IMG/VR virus record: IMGVR_UViG_3300044878_000136
Span: 1-61,231 of that record
DNA length: 61,231 bases
Strand: one strand, 5' to 3'
Origin: a virus
Lineage: Duplodnaviria; Heunggongvirae; Uroviricota; Caudoviricetes
Of this stretch, positions 19,723 to 29,149 are shown one piece after another (the stretch's first letter is position 1; every line of letters starts with the position of its first letter). Made by a program: the position numbers and the translations under genes. The notes beneath the pieces were generated by a model. It made no database searches, was not told where the DNA came from, and saw only the letters and a program-made list of their open reading frames with translations.

Positions 19723-20184
19723 TCAAACTGTCGAGGTCAAGATATTCTCGAGAGCTTGAGTCACCATGTCCGGATGACGCTCAGCCATCTCAGCCAACTG
19801 AGTACCACGTTCGGACTTGATCAGGATAGACCCGTCGAGGAACAGCGTGACCGAATCAGTTGCATCCTTGACCATCGACACGAACGGCAACTTACCTTTG
19901 TGCTGACTCTCGTACTGAGCGATCATGTTAGCCATCATGACCTCAGCTGAGATGATGGTGTTCTGGCTAGGTTGCGGCAGATCTTTATCGTTAAGCTGTA
20001 CGCGGTAACCTTGGAGATCATGCTCCTTGGATACGTACAGGCTGTAAGTCACCTCGCCGGTAGAGAAGGTGATGTCAGGCATGGCCTTACCGTTAACCGC
20101 TGCCCCCAACTCGATCAAACGACTGAACGCAGTCATGGCTTGGAAAACGTTTTGCACTGGATAGAAGTTAGTCACTTGCGACAT
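19723..20184 (-). CDS. hypothetical protein; paralog of the C-terminal half of 18696..19610
   Basis: AAGGA RBS. Visible alignment described in the findings. Confidence 0.8.
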   Translation of the reverse strand: MSQVTNFYPVQNVFQAMTAFSRLIELGAAVNGKAMPDITFSTGEVTYSLYVSKEHDLQGYRVQLNDKDLPQPSQNTIISAEVMMANMIAQYESQHKGKLPFVSMVKDATDSVTLFLDGSILIKSERGTQLAEMAERHPDMVTQALENILTSTV

Positions 20185-20231
20185 ATCGCATTTCCTTTCT
20201 GTGGGTGTGCGGATAGGGGTGATGCAAGACG

Positions 20232-20239
20232 GTAATGTA
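20232..20239 (-). promoter_or_regulatory. early-promoter-like motif TACATTAC
   Basis: Minus strand reads TAGGCCATACATTACC, just downstream of a terminator and upstream of 20184. Confidence 0.55.
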
Positions 20240-20257
20240 TGGCCTAGATTCTGTTAA

Positions 20258-20296
20258 CAGCATAAAGACATCACCCGGCGCAAACCGGGTGATGTC
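20258..20296 (-). terminator. hairpin plus TTTATGCTG tail
   Basis: Minus strand reads GACATCACCCGG-TTTGCG-CCGGGTGATGTC-TTTATGCTG, ending the RNAP/protease operon. Confidence 0.8.
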
Positions 20297-20311
20297 CTGT
20301 AACGCTAGGGC

Positions 20312-21706
20312 TTAGCCCTTGGCAGCGGCAGCGCTCATCAGCTGAGCCGATTTCACGGTCAGGTAAACGGCGTGTTCGTACACGACGTCTGCCAGCTTGG
20401 AAACGGCGGACAGAGCTTTCTTGCCAGCAGCTTTCGCATCGGCAGAAGCACCTTCCAGCTTCTCACCAGCGTTCTCAACGGATTCGTCCATCGAGAAGTT
20501 GGTAGCGGTGGTCAGGGACAGGATGTCGGAAGAGATCTTCTGGAGATCGCCGATGCCAGCAATCGACTTGGCGTCGGTGTGTTCCATCTTCTGCTTGTAG
20601 TCAGCCTGAGTTTTCTGGATGACGTTCTTCGCAGCGTGGCCCGAACCAGCGGATGCACCAGCGAAGCCGCCAGCCAGGCCGCCCAGAGCAGCACCACCGA
20701 TGCCACCACCGTGACCACCGATCACGCCACCAGCAACGGCGCCGATTGCACCACCGCCGATAACCAGAGCGATGCTCTTCGGCAGTTGCTTGAAGGACGT
20801 AACGGCGTAGGACAGAGCAGCCTGACCAGCCGAACCTTTCTCACCGCCGCCGCGCTTGCCGGCTGCGAAGTGGTGGCTACCCAGCAGGTCAGCTTCCAGA
20901 CCTTCGCCGGCAGCGCCAGCGATGTGCTTCAGCTTCTCGACGGCAGCGGCGTGATCGCCTTCGCCGTGAGCGCTAGCCAGGACGGAACCGACTTCAGCGG
21001 CCAGCTTGTTGACTTGGGCTTCGGCTTTCTTCAACCAGGCGATGTCGTGGGTGATGGCAGCCTTGGCATCGTGGACTTGTTCGCCCTTGACGGTCAGGAA
21101 GCGCTTCAGGCCATCGTGAGCCAGTTCAACGGCGTGTTGACCCAGTTCAGCCTTCTTCTTGCCCAGTTCGCCAGCGGCGCTTTCCAGAGCGGTGCGAGCT
21201 TTGGCCAGACGTGCCTTGTCGCCACGCAGGAACTGCATGACAGCGCCTTCAGTCGACAGGTCACGGACGTTGTCGGCGAAGTTGCCAACTACCTTGGAGG
21301 TAGCGCGTGCGTCTTTGGCCAGGCCGATCAGTTGGGATTTCGGATCAGTGGCGCTTTCGAAGGAGGCTGCTTTCAGCTCCAGGCCGTTGGCTGCCATGAT
21401 GGTGGCGAATTCGCGGTGCAGGGATTCAGCGCTGATCTGAGCAACAGCAGCGTTGACTTCGCCGGTATCTTCAGCAGCTTGAGCTTCAGCGCGGTCAGCC
21501 AGCACGTCGAGTTGTTCGGCGATAGCTTCGGCTTTGTCGGCGTGTTCCAGTTTGTCAGCCAGACCAGGCTCGCGTGCGACTTCCAGCTCGTCGTTCAGTA
21601 CTTCGCTCAGTACGTCGCCGGAGCTCATTTCGACAACCGGTGCCAGTTCACCGGATTCGATCGCGTAGTCACGCAGGAGGGAGTTCAAATCAGTCATGGG
21701 TATCAT
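20312..21706 (-). CDS. inner-head/ejection protein with acidic propeptide and glycine-zipper segment
   Basis: Acidic N-terminus with AIE, SAE, SFE and STE sites matching the phiKZ gp175 S/A/G-x-E cleavage motif. Directly downstream of the protease gene. Confidence 0.7.
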   Translation of the reverse strand: MIPMTDLNSLLRDYAIESGELAPVVEMSSGDVLSEVLNDELEVAREPGLADKLEHADKAEAIAEQLDVLADRAEAQAAEDTGEVNAAVAQISAESLHREFATIMAANGLELKAASFESATDPKSQLIGLAKDARATSKVVGNFADNVRDLSTEGAVMQFLRGDKARLAKARTALESAAGELGKKKAELGQHAVELAHDGLKRFLTVKGEQVHDAKAAITHDIAWLKKAEAQVNKLAAEVGSVLASAHGEGDHAAAVEKLKHIAGAAGEGLEADLLGSHHFAAGKRGGGEKGSAGQAALSYAVTSFKQLPKSIALVIGGGAIGAVAGGVIGGHGGGIGGAALGGLAGGFAGASAGSGHAAKNVIQKTQADYKQKMEHTDAKSIAGIGDLQKISSDILSLTTATNFSMDESVENAGEKLEGASADAKAAGKKALSAVSKLADVVYEHAVYLTVKSAQLMSAAAAKG

Positions 21707-21725
21707 CCATTCGTTTGTGAAGTGT

Positions 21726-22514
21726 TTACCAACCGAAGCTCTTCGGCACGGCGATAACGGAGGGGTTTTCTACATAAGCTAAGCTGTCCAGAATCTGGAC
21801 AAACGGGGCCACCGATTCGAAACTGTCTTCGTTCACGCTGTCGGTCATACCATGGCGCAAGCGATCGATGTTGAATTCGGCGTAATCCAGCATGCGACAC
21901 ACGTCGGATTTGGATTCCATGCTCGGTGTGTTGTACTTCGTCGCAACACCGATGCCAGGCTCAAACACGTTATCCCAGGTGATAATCCGGTTGATGTGTT
22001 TGCGCATGTTGGTGAAGTTCTTCGCTGCAAAGCAACGAATGGAGTAGTTCACGTCTTCGTACGGGTTTTCCAGCTGACGACGGAACTCGCCTGCCATTGG
22101 GCCCGAGGCGCGCACTTCACCGATGATCGCAACAACCTTCCGACCCTTCTCGTCGATAACAGTGTCCATGGACGTACTGATCCGACGAATGTGAGACGAG
22201 GTGTTGGATTCCATGATCTCGTTGATGCGGATAAACCAATCCTGATCCGACATCCCTGGAAGACGGCGTGGGTGACCCCACTCACTCCGGCAACGTCCGT
22301 TCTGCATCATCTTGATGAAGTCAGGGTTGCGCTCGATATACGCCATGGCCGTAGCCGTGTCGTACAACCAGCCACCATTACCAAACGCGCCGAACGCACC
22401 CAGAATGATTTCGAAGTAGTCGTTATCCAGTTTTTTGAGGATACCCTTTTTACCACTACCCGCCAAAGCAATGTTGCTGTAGCTGGTAACCTGATTCGTA
22501 GCGATGGCAGCCAT
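21726..22514 (-). CDS. prohead protease (phiKZ gp175-like)
   Basis: SEWGHP, YSIRC and TWDxVxEPG motifs. C-terminal SME/SFE sites consistent with autocleavage. Confidence 0.88.
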   Translation of the reverse strand: MAAIATNQVTSYSNIALAGSGKKGILKKLDNDYFEIILGAFGAFGNGGWLYDTATAMAYIERNPDFIKMMQNGRCRSEWGHPRRLPGMSDQDWFIRINEIMESNTSSHIRRISTSMDTVIDEKGRKVVAIIGEVRASGPMAGEFRRQLENPYEDVNYSIRCFAAKNFTNMRKHINRIITWDNVFEPGIGVATKYNTPSMESKSDVCRMLDYAEFNIDRLRHGMTDSVNEDSFESVAPFVQILDSLAYVENPSVIAVPKSFGW

Positions 22515-22526
22515 TGCTGTTGTCCT

Positions 22527-23249
22527 TTATTGACGAAGCAACGTCTCAATTTTCTCAGGTCGATCCGACGGGTTCACCAATGCCGCAGTGATACCATCGT
22601 TTGTATACGAGCCGCCCAATTTGGCTGTGACGTTGGTGGCGCCGACACTCACGTTCCGAAGTGGAATGTAGAGCGGTGTGATACTTTCGGTATCCTTCTT
22701 TGCATTGGGTCTTTGCCGGAAGTACTTCGAGGGATCGTCAGGATCCCGGCAGAGTGCCGCTGAGACATATTCCCAGATGGCAAAGTCAGCACCGATCGTC
22801 ACACCGTTATACTTCTTGGTGTCGACAAACATTTTGGGGATATCTTCGTACCCGTAATACCACGGGATGCGACCTTTACCCAACATTTCGGTGTAGATGC
22901 GGTGGGGGAGGTTGTCGTTGACCACCACATCGGTACTCGCGATAACAGCTGAACCCTTATCGAAGAACAGCTCGATATACGCCACATCATCAACAACCAC
23001 CTTACCAATACGGTCAGGTTCAGTCCTGATCATAGCGGTGAGTGTAGACGATGCGTAGTAGTTATCTTCCGTGATGATGGCCATGAAGCCGAGGATGTAC
23101 GAGACATCCTCGATCTCAGCCAAGCCGCGCTCGGTGAAACGTTCCGGGATATGAATCCGTACAGGTTCCTGAGCGATCAGCTTGGTGCCCACCTTCTTCA
23201 GGGCGCTATCAACGCGAGTCTTGGAACGAGTGAATTCCTTCGACTGCAT
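22527..23249 (-). CDS. probable C-terminal beta' piece of the virion RNAP (phiKZ gp176 / SPN3US gp244-like)
   Basis: 240 aa between the protease and the gp177-like gene. The C-terminal AKLGGSYxxDGITAAL...IETLL is reminiscent of the beta' C-terminus. Confidence 0.6.
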   Translation of the reverse strand: MQSKEFTRSKTRVDSALKKVGTKLIAQEPVRIHIPERFTERGLAEIEDVSYILGFMAIITEDNYYASSTLTAMIRTEPDRIGKVVVDDVAYIELFFDKGSAVIASTDVVVNDNLPHRIYTEMLGKGRIPWYYGYEDIPKMFVDTKKYNGVTIGADFAIWEYVSAALCRDPDDPSKYFRQRPNAKKDTESITPLYIPLRNVSVGATNVTAKLGGSYTNDGITAALVNPSDRPEKIETLLRQ

Positions 23250-23260
23250 TTGGACCTACC

Positions 23261-24655
23261 TTAAACGTCGCTGTTATCAACAACGGCGATCTGACTGGCA
23301 ACCCAATCGGAGATGTAACGCAGAGTAGCCAGAGTAGCCACTTCGCGAGTTTCCAGACCTGGGTTGGCCTTCTCGACCGACATCATGGCGTTGATCACGC
23401 GGCCAGCGTCAGTGTGACCGTACCAGACTTGACAGATGGTACCAGCGATGATGACCGCAGGCTCGGCGGATTGTGCAGGACCGGCGTAGACAGCGTCAAC
23501 GAATTCACGCAGACGGATCCAGGAGGTCTCGCTGCTATCGCCAGCGATTTGCATGCCGTTACCTTCGCCAGTGACGTAGGCGTGGTCAGAACGCAGAGCT
23601 TCCAGAACGCCCTTACGGATGACCTGGGACTTGCGCACTTCGTGAGCCTGCTGACGGATAGCTTTGTCGCGGTTGTACGCGCCAATCATGTCCTTCAGGG
23701 CTTCTTCGGTGACCATCAGCTCGCCACGGTATTTGCGACCCAGCAGTTCGTTACCGATTACCGCTTCAACCGACAGACCTTTCGACAGCAGCTTGGCGTA
23801 AGCCTCACCGTTGACGCGGATGTTGGTTGGCAGGTCGTCGCCAGTGATTGGGTACAGTGCCGAGGTGGCAGTGGACTGAGTCACACGCTGTACTTGAGTA
23901 GCAGCGATCTTGCCGACGTTGGCTGCGAAGATCTCGCGGTCAGCGTTGTACTTGGACAGGTTGGTGGCAACACCTTCCTTCGGCGTCTCGATGTTCTTCA
24001 ACACGATCAGCAGAGGCAGGGCGGCATCAGGCGAAATACGCTTGACGTTCAACAGACCTTCCAGGCCAGCACCGACTTCGGCCAGGACCTTGCCGTTGTC
24101 AGCCATCAGCAGTTCGTCGATCAGCTCGTTGAACTCGCCGTCATTGGTCACGCGAACGAGTTCACGGATTTCATCAGGGGAGAACTTGCCGAAGAACGGA
24201 TTGCCTTCAACCGATTGTGGCAGCACGCTGGCGTAACCACTCAACAGACGCTCGGCCGTGTCGGTCTTGAAGACGTCAGGCAGATACACCGGCAGAACGT
24301 TGTACGGGGAAGCGGCTTGAGCTGCGTTCGAGACGTACTCGTCGAACAACGCGATCACGCGGCGGATGTGCGGCATGGTGGTGTTGCGAGCGAGGTCGAG
24401 GGTACGACGCACGGACTCAGCAGCCATGGTGACAGTAGTAGCCAACACACCGGCGTGTTCTTCACCGCGGGTCAGGTTGACCATTTCTTCGGCAGCAGCC
24501 GACAGGGTGTCAGCGGAGCGGTCGGTCAGTTCCAGAGGAGTCTGACGGCACAGCAGAGCCAACGGGGTATCCGGGATGGCAGCCAGCATGATGCCTTTGC
24601 TGGAAGTTTCCAGAGTCAGGTCAATGGCTGTCTGTGCAGCGCGAGTGTCAAGCAT
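23261..24655 (-). CDS. virion protein (phiKZ gp177-like)
   Basis: 464-aa helical protein, synteny, strong codon bias. Confidence 0.65.
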   Translation of the reverse strand: MLDTRAAQTAIDLTLETSSKGIMLAAIPDTPLALLCRQTPLELTDRSADTLSAAAEEMVNLTRGEEHAGVLATTVTMAAESVRRTLDLARNTTMPHIRRVIALFDEYVSNAAQAASPYNVLPVYLPDVFKTDTAERLLSGYASVLPQSVEGNPFFGKFSPDEIRELVRVTNDGEFNELIDELLMADNGKVLAEVGAGLEGLLNVKRISPDAALPLLIVLKNIETPKEGVATNLSKYNADREIFAANVGKIAATQVQRVTQSTATSALYPITGDDLPTNIRVNGEAYAKLLSKGLSVEAVIGNELLGRKYRGELMVTEEALKDMIGAYNRDKAIRQQAHEVRKSQVIRKGVLEALRSDHAYVTGEGNGMQIAGDSSETSWIRLREFVDAVYAGPAQSAEPAVIIAGTICQVWYGHTDAGRVINAMMSVEKANPGLETREVATLATLRYISDWVASQIAVVDNSDV

Positions 24656-24860
24656 TGCTCTTCTCCCCGATGGACTTGGTCAGGCTGGCAGCGGCCAGGA
24701 GTTTGACGGACGACTGAGTGATCTTCACCCCGTCAACCTCAGCGGCAATGTCGTTACCCACAACTTCCAGCGCGATGTCGCTGATCAGCTGAATGGCGTT
24801 CGCAAATACCGGCAAATTCTTTGCTTCGTTCGGAGACATACTTACCTCGTAAATGAACAT
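24648..24860 (-). CDS. small hypothetical protein (70 aa)
   Basis: GGAGGT RBS before MFIYEV at 24860. Overlaps the start of the next gene. Confidence 0.7.
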   Translation of the reverse strand: MFIYEVSMSPNEAKNLPVFANAIQLISDIALEVVGNDIAAEVDGVKITQSSVKLLAAASLTKSIGEKSNA

Positions 24861-24894
24861 ACCTCCAGCCCCGTGAGGAGCTGGAGGGGTTACG

Positions 24895-27800
24895 TTACTC
24901 GTCTGACCCGAAATACATCTCGTAGGCCAGCTCACCGATATAACGCAGGGTCGTGTTGGTGGTACCAATGATGAACGGACTGGTGATGATCCGGTCGATG
25001 AATGACTTACATCCGAAGATCATGTCGATCACTTCACCTTCAACAGTCCGGTTGTCACCGAACAGGATTTCCCCGACAGTAGACTTACCTTGGTTGCCCA
25101 CAACGAGTTTGTCACCAACCCCCATGCCAACTGGGTTGCTGATGTAGATCCGGATCAACGCTTGGTTGTCTTCCAGATTGTACCCGTCGATACGGACATT
25201 GCGATCGACCTCACCGGTAGTGTAGGTGTGGCCAAGACGCTTCGCTTCACGACGCCGACGTTTCTCGGACTCACTCACAATAATCTGCAAGCTTTCCGAC
25301 ATGTCCTCGTAGCCGCCGTTATAGAAGACTTCGATCTTAGCGATCTTGCCCACTACCGCAGCGCGAGGAGACTTGTCTGTCCAACGGCGCAGCGTCTCAC
25401 GAGTGTCATCGTCAAACAACGAGGCGTCGCCGACGAGGTCGTCTTCAATGGTGCATAGAATTGTGTCTAAATCGACCGAATCCCCGACCTTGAGCAAGCC
25501 ACTGATGTTTTGCTCGTAGTTGATGGAGATCGATTTCGGCTTGGACACAACCGTACCCATCCGCTCAGCAAACGCCACCGACAGAGACGAGGAGTCTTCT
25601 ACGGTGTACGTGGCTTCACGCAATGCGATACGACCCAGGCAACCCACCATGTAGTCCACCCGGTTCTTATCGAACGGGCTTGGCTTGAAGAACCCAGTGT
25701 TGTAGGTGATCACGTCAAACTTCTTGACCTTATCCCCTTCCTTAAACTGGGTGACGAGTTGGTTAGGGTAGTAGGAACCTTCAGCCGTGGTGTGGACCAG
25801 ACCGACAGGGTACCGTACCACACTGTCCTTGTACTCGACCGCGATGTGAGTATCGCTCAGCTCGATGACCTTACCGTCTTCCGAAGCAGTCGAAGCAAAC
25901 TCTGGACCCATACGGGCGACCAGTGCACGCTCCATGCCAGTACGGATGCCTTGGGTTTCATAACCCACAGCCTGGATACCGTGACCGTGTTGCACCGTGA
26001 TGAAGTTGACCCGTTTAGGATCGTCACCATCCGCCGCTGGAGACAGCAGTGCCGCTGTGGACATGATGCTCGCAGCACCATCGCGCTTCTTATCGAAGAG
26101 ACGAACCGTACCACGCACCGAAGTGATGTTGGAGTTAGGGGAGAGGTAGGTAATGATACCCACGTCACCGGAGTCCACCGAACCTTCGGAGATGAAGCCC
26201 ATGTCTTCGTCAGTAAACAGACGCGCCTTCGCCGTCATGGCACGACGACTCCGACCACCTTTACCGCCGAAGGTGATTACCTCACGTTCCCGCAGTTGGT
26301 GAATCGGGTTGATGTTGTTCACCGGCGCTGTGGTTGGGTCCTTGATGATCTCATTCATGATCTCATTAGGGTTCACCACAATCGACGAGTTACCCGTAGC
26401 TGCCCGAGCGCTGTAAGCACGCACCGAGCGAGACAGGGTTTCGTAGATGTTACCCGCCACACGCTCGTAACCACGCACGCGCTCAAGCGATTCGACCTGC
26501 TGGTCCTTGTCCTTACGACGAGAAGGGACATACTCGTCCGTCAGCAAACTCACAGCACGGAACAGCAGACCCGTGAAGGTAGTTGGCTCGTTCATCCATT
26601 TCAGGATGTCTTCTGTAATAGGGTCAATGAACAGGGTGTTCATCATGTCGAGCTCGTTCAGGTAACGACGACCGATACCGGCACGTTCCAGAACAGCCGC
26701 GTACACGTCTTTCTCATCGAACAGGCCGATGTTGTATTCGCGGATGTGGGCGTGGTACAGACTGAAGCCACCCATGATCAACGAAGCGACGCGGTCATTG
26801 CGATCGAAGATCAACGACTCGTTCTTGAAACGGATCGCGTATTCGTTCGGACGCAGTTGCAGACGTTCACCAGCGGCCACGCGGCGAGGTTTGAGCTTCA
26901 GCAATGCCAACAGACCTTCAAGGCCCATCATGTACGCCAATGCCACACCGATCGGAATCGACTTCGAGTAGATCTTGACTTCCGCCATGGTGATCGGAGC
27001 CTTGTCGGTCTCAATCCCCAGCAGCATCTCGAGCTTACCGATGTCCTCGCCGATCGCACCATTAGTCACCTGGTAGATCACTTCCTCAGGGTCCATGATT
27101 AGCGCACCATTACGGTTACGACCAACCAGCACCCAACCCTTCTTCTCAAGCTTCAGATCGGATTCACTGAAACCGAACTTCTCCACGCGGTGCTTGTAAT
27201 CGAAACCGAACTTGTTCTGCCCGATGTCGAAGTACGAGATCTCGGTAGCCAACGTCGTGTAGATTGTCGGCACTTGGATCTTGTAATCCACGCACTTGGA
27301 GATGACTGCGTTCTTGATATCCGGGTCAGCAGGATCCTGACACTTGTTCTTGATGATGTTCAGCAACCAAGCCGAGTAATCGAAACGCTTACGCGCCGAA
27401 CGATCCACGAACACTTTGGCGTAGTAGCTGGTCAAGGCAACACGAGTCGGACCAATCTTCCGGAACGGCAAGTCAGCACGCTGCTTACGCATGCGGTAGC
27501 TGGTGCCATTATAAAGGAACGTGCCGTCATCACGCAGTCGAGGGATGGAGAACTTCACTGTGGAAGGTTTCCCCACCGCAGGAACGAAACGCACCGTGTG
27601 GATTTCACGGTCGTTCATTGCGTCCTTTTCTTCCTCGATGCGGTAGTCGGTGATTGCCACCGGAGCACGTTGCATCGACATCACGACACGCAGGATGTCT
27701 TTCTTCATGACCTTCTGAATGTACTGACGCTCCATGGCGTCCACACGACTCAGAGTCAAGGACTTGTCGACCACGACAGCATCGTCAGTCAGGACATCCG

Positions 27801-29136
27801 GCTCAACGATCACGTCGGCTTCTGTCATCGACATCGCTTCTTCGAGCGACTGTGTCGAGTTGTACGGGTTGGTCAGCGACTTGAAGGAATCACTCACCCG
27901 AACCAGACGACGGTGTTCACCCGCGGTCAGTACACCTTTGGCTGCGAGTTCATCCGCTTTATTACGGATAGCCTCACCTTCCTTCGGTGTCTCAGCCACT
28001 TGAGACAGAACGTTGATGTCAAGACTGGTAGTAGACTTCACCAGCTCATCATCTTCGTTCATCGACTCAACACCGGCATCCTCTTCTTTGAGTTTGTCCA
28101 GTTCGGTGAGTTCGTCCTCGAGCTTCTTCATCTGTTCGGCATCAGTGTCGACGTCACCGGTGATGATCGCGTCATCCTCAGCATCCATCGCCTTGATCAC
28201 CGCCTCAGGATCTTCGTGGATTGTGTCCTCGGTCACCTCAGGCTCTGCAACGACCTCTTCACCCACAGCCGACGCCACAGCAGCCGAAGCTTGGTGGATA
28301 ATCGACATCAACTTCAGAACGCGCAGTTCGAAGAGGGTAGGATCCATACCGCCTTTACGACCTTCGCTTGCACGGAAGCCATCCAACCAACCCAGGTTAA
28401 TCGCTACCCAGGAATCGTTACGACGCACGATCAGGTTGATCTTGCTGTACAGCTCAGGATCGAGTTTAGACAGCAGGCTCTTCTCGCGATGCTTACCGGC
28501 CCAGACAAACAGGTCAGCCAACATCTTGAGTTCCGGCGAGCCCAACTTCTTCAGGTTCGACGGAGCAGGGTTTGCAGCGAACTCGCGTAGCACGGTCAGT
28601 GCAGGCATGATGGCAGGCAAGTCGATCTCGAGGAAGTGAGACCGCTTGGATTCCTTACCCAGCTCGTTGATCTTCTTGACCACTTGGCTGTAGACGTTGT
28701 ACCACTCGAAGTAACTCGCGCGGAAACTGATCGGGTAACGAACCAGGTGTGGCAGGAACGCGTAGTTGATGCAGACCAGACTACGACTGTCGTCTTCCAG
28801 CCGCACCAAGTTCTTCAGCGGACGGATCTGACGGTTGAGTCGACGGTACTCGGTCAACAGGTTGTTCGGGTTTGCACCCGGCTTAGGGATTGGACCCCCG
28901 ATTGGGTTCTCCATCTTGGCGACGTTGTCGACGTAGACGATACCCGGTACGGGGCGCAACAGTTCATCGTTCATCCGAGGACCGAGGCGCACCGCGTCAG
29001 TGGTGACGAAGTGATAGATCGACTGCCGCGGCAGCTGCATCCGAGCAATCGGATACACCACCGGGGTGTCGAAATGCGAACGACGGAAAAGCGTAAACCG
29101 CTTCTCGTAAATCGCAGGTTGTAACATGTCAGACAT
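24895..29136 (-). CDS. rpoB: virion RNA polymerase beta subunit, N-terminal part (phiKZ gp178-like)
   Basis: SEGSVDSGDVG, DDPKRVNF..VQ, YTVEDS, GDKLVVGNQGKSTV and FIDRI motifs. Confidence 0.92.
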   Translation of the reverse strand: MSDMLQPAIYEKRFTLFRRSHFDTPVVYPIARMQLPRQSIYHFVTTDAVRLGPRMNDELLRPVPGIVYVDNVAKMENPIGGPIPKPGANPNNLLTEYRRLNRQIRPLKNLVRLEDDSRSLVCINYAFLPHLVRYPISFRASYFEWYNVYSQVVKKINELGKESKRSHFLEIDLPAIMPALTVLREFAANPAPSNLKKLGSPELKMLADLFVWAGKHREKSLLSKLDPELYSKINLIVRRNDSWVAINLGWLDGFRASEGRKGGMDPTLFELRVLKLMSIIHQASAAVASAVGEEVVAEPEVTEDTIHEDPEAVIKAMDAEDDAIITGDVDTDAEQMKKLEDELTELDKLKEEDAGVESMNEDDELVKSTTSLDINVLSQVAETPKEGEAIRNKADELAAKGVLTAGEHRRLVRVSDSFKSLTNPYNSTQSLEEAMSMTEADVIVEPDVLTDDAVVVDKSLTLSRVDAMERQYIQKVMKKDILRVVMSMQRAPVAITDYRIEEEKDAMNDREIHTVRFVPAVGKPSTVKFSIPRLRDDGTFLYNGTSYRMRKQRADLPFRKIGPTRVALTSYYAKVFVDRSARKRFDYSAWLLNIIKNKCQDPADPDIKNAVISKCVDYKIQVPTIYTTLATEISYFDIGQNKFGFDYKHRVEKFGFSESDLKLEKKGWVLVGRNRNGALIMDPEEVIYQVTNGAIGEDIGKLEMLLGIETDKAPITMAEVKIYSKSIPIGVALAYMMGLEGLLALLKLKPRRVAAGERLQLRPNEYAIRFKNESLIFDRNDRVASLIMGGFSLYHAHIREYNIGLFDEKDVYAAVLERAGIGRRYLNELDMMNTLFIDPITEDILKWMNEPTTFTGLLFRAVSLLTDEYVPSRRKDKDQQVESLERVRGYERVAGNIYETLSRSVRAYSARAATGNSSIVVNPNEIMNEIIKDPTTAPVNNINPIHQLREREVITFGGKGGRSRRAMTAKARLFTDEDMGFISEGSVDSGDVGIITYLSPNSNITSVRGTVRLFDKKRDGAASIMSTAALLSPAADGDDPKRVNFITVQHGHGIQAVGYETQGIRTGMERALVARMGPEFASTASEDGKVIELSDTHIAVEYKDSVVRYPVGLVHTTAEGSYYPNQLVTQFKEGDKVKKFDVITYNTGFFKPSPFDKNRVDYMVGCLGRIALREATYTVEDSSSLSVAFAERMGTVVSKPKSISINYEQNISGLLKVGDSVDLDTILCTIEDDLVGDASLFDDDTRETLRRWTDKSPRAAVVGKIAKIEVFYNGGYEDMSESLQIIVSESEKRRRREAKRLGHTYTTGEVDRNVRIDGYNLEDNQALIRIYISNPVGMGVGDKLVVGNQGKSTVGEILFGDNRTVEGEVIDMIFGCKSFIDRIITSPFIIGTTNTTLRYIGELAYEMYFGSDE

Positions 29137-29149
29137 TGGGTGCTACTCC

